The notes beneath the pieces were generated by a model. The model was not told the origin of the DNA. It did no database searches and saw only the letters and a program-made list of their open reading frames with translations. Shown one piece after another: positions 23,062-29,704 of a DNA stretch of 29,704 nt; the first letter of the stretch is position 1, and each line of letters begins with the position of its first letter. The stretch comes from a virus. The DNA is taken from IMG/VR virus record IMGVR_UViG_3300038321_000078, positions 1-29,704 of that record; one strand, given 5' to 3'. Made by a program: the position numbers and the translations under genes.

Positions 23062-23832
23062 ATGAAGCTGACAGACCTAAAACAAAATCCTAAAAATCCG
23101 AGAATCATAAAAGATGACAAATTTAAGAAGCTCGTAAAATCATTACAGGAATTTCCTGAAATGATGGAGAAGCGTCCGATGGTTTGTGTAACGGATTCGG
23201 TGGATGGCAAATTGTTTCCGTTGGGTGGTAATATGAGGTTAAAGGCTTTACAGGAATTGAAGTACAAAGATATTCCTGATAGTTGGGTAATGCTGGCTGA
23301 TGATTGGACGGAGGAGAAGAGGATAGAATTTGCAATTCGAGATAACGTAAGTTATGGCGATTGGGATTGGAAAGAGTTAGCGAATGATTGGGATGCTGAT
23401 ACGTTGGAAGATTGGGGATTAGATATGTCTGATTGGGAAGATGATAAAGACGAAAATAGCGAGGGAATAAAAAAGGCAACAGAAATTTTATCAGGATTAA
23501 AGTATGAGCCATTGTATTATGAACCGATAGAAAAGCCAAATATAAATTTATTTGATTGTATTAATTTCGATAAATACAATGCTAAAATAAAAGCGATTGA
23601 TGAATACGATTTAACTACAGAACAAAAGGAGGTATTAAAGTTTTTCGCATATCGTTTTATAAAAATAGATTTTGAAAATGTAGCAAATTACTATTCATTT
23701 AACGCCTCAGACGAAGAACAAAAAGCGATAGAAAGACTTCGTTTGGTTTTGACTGATACAGGACTGAATGGATTTGTTGAAGATGATTTATTGAAAATAA
23801 TGAAAGAAAGTATTGATGCAGGAAATGATTAA
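23062..23832 (+). CDS. ParB N-terminal (ParB/Srx-fold, ParB-like nuclease) domain protein with an acidic Trp-rich linker, 256 aa
   Basis: LKQNPKNPRII...LVKSLQEF...PLGGNMRLKAL fits ParBc motifs. Then DWDWKELANDWDADTLEDWGLDMSDWEDD. The C-terminal ~120 aa are unassigned. Confidence 0.65.
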   Translation: MKLTDLKQNPKNPRIIKDDKFKKLVKSLQEFPEMMEKRPMVCVTDSVDGKLFPLGGNMRLKALQELKYKDIPDSWVMLADDWTEEKRIEFAIRDNVSYGDWDWKELANDWDADTLEDWGLDMSDWEDDKDENSEGIKKATEILSGLKYEPLYYEPIEKPNINLFDCINFDKYNAKIKAIDEYDLTTEQKEVLKFFAYRFIKIDFENVANYYSFNASDEEQKAIERLRLVLTDTGLNGFVEDDLLKIMKESIDAGND

Positions 23833-24727
23833 CATATTTATTCCGTCATATCATCGACCTACTAATGTAAAAACAGCAAAGTATTTTGTTAGAATGGGTT
23901 ATGATCCAAAAAAAATTCACGTATTTGTAGACAGTGAAACAGATGATATATCTGAATATGAAATTGAAATGAATAAAATTGGTGTACAATTGCATGTTTT
24001 TGACATGGAAGAAGCACGAAAAAGATATGATTATGTTCACCGTGCGAGTGTATCAAGACGTTCAGCAGGACAGGCAAGAAATATGTTTCAAGATTTTGCA
24101 AAAGCAAACAATATAGATTTTTATATGGTTATGGACGATGATACAAATGGTATGCAAAACAGACCTTTTGGCTTGTATCTTGGACCTGCAAAAATTGATT
24201 TAATAAATACTGTTTTTTTGATGATAGAAAGTTTTATGCGTAAACATAAAATTGGATTATTCGGATTATCACAGACAGGAGATGTTTATAGTTACGGTGT
24301 TTCAAATAAAATATTCAGAAAAAAGGTAATGAACACAACATTCTATCTACTTCCTTATATTTATAGGGGAGAACGTGGTGTACAAGATGACGACACAAGT
24401 CTATTTACTGGAATAATGAATGAGGGTTTATTTACCGGAAGCATGCACAGCGGTTTAATTTTACAGCAAACAGCATCTGCTGTGCAAGCTGGAGGTTTAA
24501 CTGATTTATATAATGAGTGTAAGCTGCTAAATAAATCACTTGTTACGCCTATACAGTTTCCAAGTGCGATACATGCAGAAAAACAAACTATGAATGGGAA
24601 TAGATTACATCACAGAATTAAAAACAGATACTTATTTCCAAGAATTATAAAAAGCGATAAAAGGGATAATATCGCTTGGGATACATATGCCGAAGATTAC
24701 CCATTCACTAACGAGCCAAAACGCTGA
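23813..24727 (+). CDS. Putative GT-A-fold glycosyltransferase-like protein, 304 aa (300 aa if it starts at ATG 23825)
   Basis: N-terminal beta-strand INIFIPSYHRP and DxD-like FYMVMDDD are reminiscent of nucleotide-sugar GT-A enzymes. AT-richer than the flanking genes. The assignment rests on motifs only. Confidence 0.4.
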   Translation: MMQEMINIFIPSYHRPTNVKTAKYFVRMGYDPKKIHVFVDSETDDISEYEIEMNKIGVQLHVFDMEEARKRYDYVHRASVSRRSAGQARNMFQDFAKANNIDFYMVMDDDTNGMQNRPFGLYLGPAKIDLINTVFLMIESFMRKHKIGLFGLSQTGDVYSYGVSNKIFRKKVMNTTFYLLPYIYRGERGVQDDDTSLFTGIMNEGLFTGSMHSGLILQQTASAVQAGGLTDLYNECKLLNKSLVTPIQFPSAIHAEKQTMNGNRLHHRIKNRYLFPRIIKSDKRDNIAWDTYAEDYPFTNEPKR

Positions 24728-24749
24728 TTTAATTTGAGTTTAATTTGAA

Positions 24750-26327
24750 ATGGCAAATCCAGGAAATATAATACCTCCGAAGAAAGGCGAAGTTCGTAAT
24801 CCGAAAGGTAGGGGTAATTCTCTCAACCGAAAAACGTTGATGCGTAAATGGTTGACGTTGACGGAGGAGGGGAAAAATCCGATAACAAAGGAAACGGAAC
24901 AGTTATCGCAGGCAGACCTTGTCATGTTGTCAATGATAAACAAAGCGAGAAAGGGAGATGTTTCAGCAGGCAAATTATTGATTGAACACGGCACTGATGA
25001 AGAGCGAGAGCAGACAAAAGACACCAACATTCAGACAGCACCAACGTTGGCAAACTATGTAAATTCAGTTGCTGACGATTGGTTGCAACAGCGTACGTTT
25101 ATTGAAACCTATAAGATATTAGAGCAGATACACGATTTCTGTTTTGACACCGAAAATAAAATACTTTTGTTGTCGATGCCACAAGGGAGCGGAAAATCGT
25201 ACATTGCGAACAAGGTAACGGAATGGTTATTAGGTTGTTGGCAGTTGGTGGCGAGAACACAATCAAATTCTATAATGCGGGTTTGCAACACCGATTCAAA
25301 TGTTACAAAGTTTCAGGCGGCAATATCAAACGAGATAATGGGAGAGGCGTGGTCAGCGGTATTTGGTAATCACAAGCTGTCAAATAACAACAAGAATGGA
25401 ATGAGGTTTGACGGCAGTTGGAATGACAATGCCTTTTTCACTTCAGCAAAAAGTTCTGTTATGTCCAGAAGGGCAGATTTTTTAATATTCGATGACCTAT
25501 ACGCCAGTATGGGCGAAGCGCTGAGCCATACGATGACAGCCGATTATATCATGAAGTTCCAAACGATGTGGCGGGGGAGGTTGAAGGGGAGTGAGATAGG
25601 AAAGATAATCATGGTCGGCACGAGGTATGCAAAGAATGACTTCTATCAACAGGTCGTTAATATGTACCCTGATAGTTCTGTTGTGATAACAGTTCCGGCA
25701 ATTGATGACAATGGTAATAGTTTCTGCGAAGAAACGCACCCAATAGATGAATTACTGCATGACAGGGAAACGATGAACATTGACTTGTTCAATGCTATCT
25801 ATCAACAGCAACCAACGGCGGAAGGATTTATCAATCCGTTTGCTGACTGGACACCAACGACAGCACCGGTCCATGAGGGTCAGTTTGATTATGTTTGCAC
25901 GGTAGCAGATCCGAGCTTCGGCGTTGGAGGGGATTATTTCATGGTGGGGAAATTTGGTTACAACCGCAACGGTCAGACGGCATTAATAGACTTATTATGT
26001 GAGCGGGTTTGTTCTGATGAGATGTACATTGATTTCATTGAGCGAGCAGGTTGCAAGCGTAATTTTGTCGAGGGCAATGGCGTTGGAGGGATGCTGATAA
26101 AAAGGGTTATCAATCGGACGAAGCAGCCGATATTGCCGTTCACTTCAATTGGCAATAAGATTGAGAGAATTTACATGAATGCGAATGATATCATGCGGAT
26201 GACGTTTAATGAGAAATTAGAAAACATTCCGTTCGAGCAGATGTTTAATTTCGGGAGTGCCGATCATGATGATTTCCCGGATATGATAAGTCACTTCTTT
26301 AACAATGTCAAAGTATATGGATACTGA
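24750..26327 (+). CDS. terL: Terminase large subunit with a small-terminase-like N-terminal extension, 525 aa
   Basis: Walker A MPQGSGKS, Walker B FLIFDDL, GTRY, and nuclease acidic motifs VADPSFGVGGD, VEGNGVGG and ADHDDFPD. The first ~95 aa (NPGNIIPPKKGEVRNPKGRGN ... KARKGDVSAGKLLIEHG) resemble small-terminase-type N-termini. Confidence 0.85.
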   Translation: MANPGNIIPPKKGEVRNPKGRGNSLNRKTLMRKWLTLTEEGKNPITKETEQLSQADLVMLSMINKARKGDVSAGKLLIEHGTDEEREQTKDTNIQTAPTLANYVNSVADDWLQQRTFIETYKILEQIHDFCFDTENKILLLSMPQGSGKSYIANKVTEWLLGCWQLVARTQSNSIMRVCNTDSNVTKFQAAISNEIMGEAWSAVFGNHKLSNNNKNGMRFDGSWNDNAFFTSAKSSVMSRRADFLIFDDLYASMGEALSHTMTADYIMKFQTMWRGRLKGSEIGKIIMVGTRYAKNDFYQQVVNMYPDSSVVITVPAIDDNGNSFCEETHPIDELLHDRETMNIDLFNAIYQQQPTAEGFINPFADWTPTTAPVHEGQFDYVCTVADPSFGVGGDYFMVGKFGYNRNGQTALIDLLCERVCSDEMYIDFIERAGCKRNFVEGNGVGGMLIKRVINRTKQPILPFTSIGNKIERIYMNANDIMRMTFNEKLENIPFEQMFNFGSADHDDFPDMISHFFNNVKVYGY

Positions 26328-26529
26328 TACTGATTTCAAAAAAAAGTACGGACGTTCAAAGGCTTTTTTCTTTCTTCATTTCGACGACATTCAGCATTTG
26401 AGAAAGCGTTTATCTGCGGAGAAAGTGGCAAAGATTTACGGCGGGTTAATTGGTAAAGGTAGTATTTACCATTACGAGAGGGAGTGCAATCCAAAAAGAT
26501 GTACACAAAAAGTTATCAATAAAGAATAA
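26305..26529 (+). CDS. Hypothetical small protein, 74 aa, possible helix-turn-helix (70 aa if it starts at ATG 26317)
   Basis: ORF track. LSAEKVAKIYGGLIGKGSIYHYE looks HTH-like. Overlaps the terL 3' end. Confidence 0.5.
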   Translation: MSKYMDTDTDFKKKYGRSKAFFFLHFDDIQHLRKRLSAEKVAKIYGGLIGKGSIYHYERECNPKRCTQKVINKE

Positions 26530-26535
26530 ATACTT

Positions 26536-26543
26536 TATATTTG
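26536..26543 (+). promoter_or_regulatory. TATATTTG -7-like box 4 nt upstream of the portal ATG
   Basis: Read directly. No -33 TTTG. Would imply a near-leaderless transcript if functional. Confidence 0.2.
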
Positions 26544-26547
26544 CACC

Positions 26548-27453
26548 ATGAGATTAATACTCGAAACAGATAGCAAGAAAAGAGCGGTAGCCCAGAGAGG
26601 TTACAACGGAGTAATGGGCTTCAGGATGACACGAGGTAAATACTCCGATGCTTTGCTGATGTCTATTTTCAAGAAGATTTTCAAGCGTTTGAATTTAATT
26701 GATTATAGGGTAAATAATCCTAACTCGATAACGATTGGTACTGTTTTATATTTCCTGAACAATGAATTGACGTCAGCTTTTGCTGAATTGTTTCAGAATG
26801 GTTTTATTTTATTTGACAAACAGGAAAGCGGAAAAGTTTCCTATATCCGGAAAACGAAAGCGACAGGAACACCTGATGGATGGTTTTACGAAAATAGGCA
26901 GTTAGAAGTTTTCTATTCTGATACATACGAGGTGTTTGGGATGTCAGATGGAGCGATGCTGAAAGATACGTTAAAAGCCATTGACAATGCGTTGAATGCA
27001 AGCCAAACTGTTATAAAGAGGTTGGGAGTTGTTGTTACAGGAACACCTGAACAGCCTACACAGAATCCACAGATGGTGCATATGGATGGCGATGACAAGG
27101 ACGAGATGGAAAAAGAGATTGCACAGGATTACGGAATGTTGGAAGAGCAGAAGCAGTTTCTACTTTTCAGAAGACCGATGAGGTTACAACGGATTGCGCT
27201 CGGAGGAAAAGATTTGCTGATTACAGAAACGGTTGAGATGTTTACGAAAATTCTTTGCGATGCAACTAACATTCCTTATGACGTAATGGCGATGAGTGGG
27301 CAGTCAACCTTCAATAATATGGAACAGGCGGAGAAAAGTATGCAGGACACGGCAGAGGAATTTGTCAGCAAGATATGGACTTTCTTTAAGGTTATGGGAA
27401 TTGATTTTAGTTGGACGGTAAATAATAATAAATATGGAAAACAAAGCGTATAA
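26548..27453 (+). CDS. Portal protein candidate (unusually small, 301 aa)
   Basis: Synteny: TerL - X - prohead protease - major capsid. No motif verified. Confidence 0.55.
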   Translation: MRLILETDSKKRAVAQRGYNGVMGFRMTRGKYSDALLMSIFKKIFKRLNLIDYRVNNPNSITIGTVLYFLNNELTSAFAELFQNGFILFDKQESGKVSYIRKTKATGTPDGWFYENRQLEVFYSDTYEVFGMSDGAMLKDTLKAIDNALNASQTVIKRLGVVVTGTPEQPTQNPQMVHMDGDDKDEMEKEIAQDYGMLEEQKQFLLFRRPMRLQRIALGGKDLLITETVEMFTKILCDATNIPYDVMAMSGQSTFNNMEQAEKSMQDTAEEFVSKIWTFFKVMGIDFSWTVNNNKYGKQSV

Positions 27454-28036
27454 TGAAATGTTGATGGCGACGAATTTTTTTGCCATTAATGACTTCAAGA
27501 AAACAGAAAACGGAAATATGAAAGTCAGCGGGTTGCTAACAATTTTTGACAATTTAACAAGCAATGGAAACGGTCTTGTTTATCATGCCGGATGTTACGA
27601 TGATTTTTGCAAGAATTATTACCAGCAAAATGGTAAGAGCATTCCGTTGGATTTACTTCACAATACAACTGACATCAATCACATAGCTGGTAAAGTTACA
27701 GAATTCATTGTAACGAATAATGAAGTAAGAATTGTTGCTGAAATATCTAAGCACGCACCACTTTTTGAAAACATAGTTGGAATGGTTGAGGATGGAGTTC
27801 TGCAAGGATTCAGCGACATGAGCTACATTGATAACGGTTATTTCGATAATGAAACAGAATTATTTCACGTAAACAAATGCTCGATAGTTTCTATCGCATT
27901 AGTTCCAACACCAGCCGTGGCAAAAAGTCAGCTGGCATTAAATTCGACAAAGTTCACATTTGGTAGTGAAAATGAAAAAAAGGAAAACGACATAAAAGAA
28001 GAAGCTGAAAAGCGGTCGGTATTTTTTGGTTTATAA
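27434..28036 (+). CDS. HK97-family prohead protease (S78/U35-like), 200 aa
   Basis: LLHNTTDINHIAGKV (His), LQGFSDMSY (Ser) and SIVSIALVPTPAVAKS match the conserved blocks of HK97-type maturation proteases. Lies upstream of the capsid gene. Confidence 0.7.
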   Translation: MENKAYNEMLMATNFFAINDFKKTENGNMKVSGLLTIFDNLTSNGNGLVYHAGCYDDFCKNYYQQNGKSIPLDLLHNTTDINHIAGKVTEFIVTNNEVRIVAEISKHAPLFENIVGMVEDGVLQGFSDMSYIDNGYFDNETELFHVNKCSIVSIALVPTPAVAKSQLALNSTKFTFGSENEKKENDIKEEAEKRSVFFGL

Positions 28037-28061
28037 ATAAATAAATAAAATTAGTTAGGGT

Positions 28062-29333
28062 ATGAAAAAGAAACATTTAGAGAACACGCTGACCGCTTTA
28101 AAAAACGGGTTAGCAAAAAACGCAGTTACTCCTGAGGGCGAAGCTTTGATTCAGGAAATCACTCAGATTTTAGCAGATTTGGCAAACGACCCGGATGTAG
28201 AGTACGACGAAGCCGATATTTTGGCAAAAGTAACGGAAACCGCCAAGAGTGCTGGTGCAGCCGCAGCCGCAGAGGTGGCAAACGCTTTCAAAGGTAAAAT
28301 TGTAACAGAAAACAAAATGGACAAAGAAAAGGTAAGAGGTTACTTTGCCGAAGCAATGCGCAATGCAGCGGGTAAAGGAAAAGGAGCATTTGCTACCGAG
28401 TTCAAAGAATTATGCGCAAAAAATGGAATTACAGGATTACCGTCGTTGGTGGAGGTATTCCCGGAAATTCAGACAAAGTTTGAAAAGACGTCTATTCTCT
28501 CTAAACTTCGTAAATTAGGAAATCAATCATTGAAGTTTGGTATTTCAGCACAGGCTGACGATGCAACGGATGTTCGTGCAAGAGGTTACACGGCTTATGA
28601 TACGGATGGAGTTTTACAAGGTAAAGTCGACCAGAATTTGATTCTTACACCTAAAACTTTAAGTTTGGGAGCAATCTACAAAAAGATTACCATTCCTAAA
28701 CTGATGAGCTACCAAACAGGGAATGACACACAGTTGTTCAATTGGTTGGCAAATGAATTGGTTGAGAGAATCGACAATGAAATTCAACGAGTGATACTTG
28801 TTGGCGACGGAAGGCTTTCAACAGCTTTAGACCATATTACCAGTTTTGAAACAATAGGAACGAAAACAGCTGACGATGCATACACCGTTTACGATGAAGT
28901 TTCAAACGTCATGCCTACATTGGCAAACGTTCGGGCGATGATTGACCAAATGGACAATTCAAAACCTATTACTCTTTATGCGCACCCGGCAACAATCACA
29001 GGAATGCAGGCTTATCAGTATGCGAGTGGTGGGGCGGTAAGTTATATTTCCGATGAAATTCTGGCGAGTCAATTAGGAGTTGCTGAAATCGTTCGTACCA
29101 AAATGTTGGCAGGTGCCGTTCCTGCACCGGTTGTGGCAGCAGCTACATATCCTTTGGTAATTGCTATACAGGGCGACGGTTATGGATATGTTGGAAGCGA
29201 CCTTTTCAGCGTTGATTACGAGAAATGGGATTACAACGCTGACGTACTGATGGCTGAAATTTTCGCAGGTGGTGGCGTTATTAGACCGCTTTCTACCGGA
29301 GTATTAAAAGTAGCAGTTCCAGCTGCAGCATAG
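28062..29333 (+). CDS. Major capsid protein (HK97 fold, with an N-terminal delta-like domain), 423 aa
   Basis: Follows the protease. Helical A/K/E-rich N-terminal ~100 aa, then a beta-rich body. Size is typical. Confidence 0.75.
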   Translation: MKKKHLENTLTALKNGLAKNAVTPEGEALIQEITQILADLANDPDVEYDEADILAKVTETAKSAGAAAAAEVANAFKGKIVTENKMDKEKVRGYFAEAMRNAAGKGKGAFATEFKELCAKNGITGLPSLVEVFPEIQTKFEKTSILSKLRKLGNQSLKFGISAQADDATDVRARGYTAYDTDGVLQGKVDQNLILTPKTLSLGAIYKKITIPKLMSYQTGNDTQLFNWLANELVERIDNEIQRVILVGDGRLSTALDHITSFETIGTKTADDAYTVYDEVSNVMPTLANVRAMIDQMDNSKPITLYAHPATITGMQAYQYASGGAVSYISDEILASQLGVAEIVRTKMLAGAVPAPVVAAATYPLVIAIQGDGYGYVGSDLFSVDYEKWDYNADVLMAEIFAGGGVIRPLSTGVLKVAVPAAA

Positions 29334-29340
29334 TTTAGAT

Positions 29341-29517
29341 ATGAGAATCACATTCAAATATGATTATACGTTGCTTGAGAATGGATCGGTTAGGACATTT
29401 AAGGCTGGGGAGGTTGTGGACTTCCCCGCCGACAGTCCGATGACGGAAACATTCAGACAGCAGGACGGTGATGTGTTGACTATTGAAAAAGAAAAGAAAA
29501 AAGGGAAAAAGAAATGA
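29341..29517 (+). CDS. Small ORF, 58 aa, with a Lys-rich C-terminus (below track cutoff)
   Basis: My own translation: MRITFKYDYTLLENGSVRTFKAGEVVDFPADSPMTETFRQQDGDVLTIEKEKKKGKKK. ATGA overlap with the next gene. The minus-strand track ORF 29335..29556 is its shadow. Confidence 0.55.
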   Translation: MRITFKYDYTLLENGSVRTFKAGEVVDFPADSPMTETFRQQDGDVLTIEKEKKKGKKK

Positions 29518-29704
29518 CAGCGAATGATTATATTTTGGCTGGTTACGAAATTTCAAAACAAGTTTCAGAAGAAATTATTACGAGGGCAGAAAACGACGTA
29601 ATGAACGCATATGTTATTCCGATATTGGGAGCAGAAGCAACCTTTGAGGATAATAAGTGTGACGTTATGGGTTTGGCTTATTGTTTAATGCTTCGGAGAA
29701 ATAT
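29514..29704 (+). CDS. 5' part of the junction-spanning CDS (continues at base 78 of the window; same gene as 1..345)
   Basis: ATG 29514. The frame stays open to the window end and is in phase with 1..345 through the 77-bp overlap. Confidence 0.6.
   Translation, partial: MTANDYILAGYEISKQVSEEIITRAENDVMNAYVIPILGAEATFEDNKCDVMGLAYCLMLRRN
29628..29704. repeat. Second copy of the 77-bp terminal overlap (identical to 1-77)
   Basis: Direct reading, as for 1-77. Confidence 0.95.

Noticed and set aside
24122-24142. YMVMDDD in 23813..24727 as a reverse-transcriptase YxDD motif (retron/DGR idea)
   Set aside because: No other RT motifs surround it, and there is no template/variable repeat pair or ncRNA context. 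The N-terminal beta-strand plus DxD pattern fits a GT-A-type transferase better.
26527-26529. In-frame TAA between 26305..26529 and the portal ORF as stop-codon readthrough or recoding
   Set aside because: There is a one-in-three chance of a phase match. TAA is used as an ordinary stop throughout this genome. The upstream product looks HTH-like and not like a portal N-terminus.
613-29556. All minus-strand ORFs in the six-frame track (e.g. 613..837, 2768..3139, 6389..6703, 7405..7740, 10294..10653, 15936..16280, 18504..19013, 23123..23539, 24740..25030, 29335..29556)
   Set aside because: Each lies entirely within, and antisense to, a longer + strand ORF that has recognisable motifs or operon packing. 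Their products are low-complexity or Cys/Ser/Leu-rich, as expected for shadow ORFs. The + strand gene set has no gap that they would fill.
1-29704. CRISPR arrays, integrase/attP, lysogeny repressor, tRNAs and toxin-antitoxin pairs
   Set aside because: I found no regularly spaced repeat-spacer array, no tyrosine or serine recombinase motifs, and no cloverleaf-capable sequences. The only tandem repeats are the collagen-coding units and the AT/TAA microsatellite-like runs in elements A and B.

Overview
The window is a complete, circularly closed dsDNA tailed-phage genome. Bases 1-77 are identical to 29628-29704, an assembly overlap that lies inside an ORF, so the unit length is 29,627 bp. All roughly 48 credible genes are on the + strand; every minus-strand ORF in the track looks like a shadow ORF. 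Three large AT-rich non-coding regions (5722-5975, 11606-11898 plus 12064-12339, and 22599-23061) divide the circle into three blocks. (1) 23062 -> 5721 across the junction: ParB-like protein, GT-A-like protein, large terminase, portal, HK97-type prohead protease, major capsid protein, connector candidates, an abundant virion protein, a collagen-repeat fibre, a lysis cassette (holin, M15 endolysin, spanin-like proteins) and three unknowns. (2) 5976-11605: tape measure protein and distal tail genes. (3) 11899-22598: early/replication-recombination genes, namely a gp2.5/SSB-like protein, YqaJ exonuclease, mini P-loop protein, Zn-ribbon/Toprim primase, SF3/VirE-type helicase, SNF2 helicase, VRR-NUC nuclease and many small unknown ORFs. 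I recognised no DNA polymerase, integrase, repressor, tRNA or CRISPR array. Low GC, A-rich leaders, few Shine-Dalgarno sequences and repeated TAnnTTTG (-7 box) motifs suggest a Bacteroidota host; this is inference. The main leads are: (i) two diverged ~170-205 bp AT-rich elements in inverted orientation at 5786-5952 and 22751-22956; (ii) a ParB-like plus GT-A-like gene pair just upstream of a terminase whose N-terminus looks like a small terminase; (iii) SSB-type acidic ...LPF C-terminal tips on both the SSB-like protein and the replicative helicase, in a phage without its own polymerase; (iv) a unimolecular-spanin candidate in a lysis cassette embedded among virion genes; (v) a 276-bp ORF-free, GC-richer, hairpin-bounded region at 12064-12339; (vi) an 18-bp direct repeat that exactly brackets one small gene. 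All functional calls come from motifs read by eye and from synteny. No database search was run.
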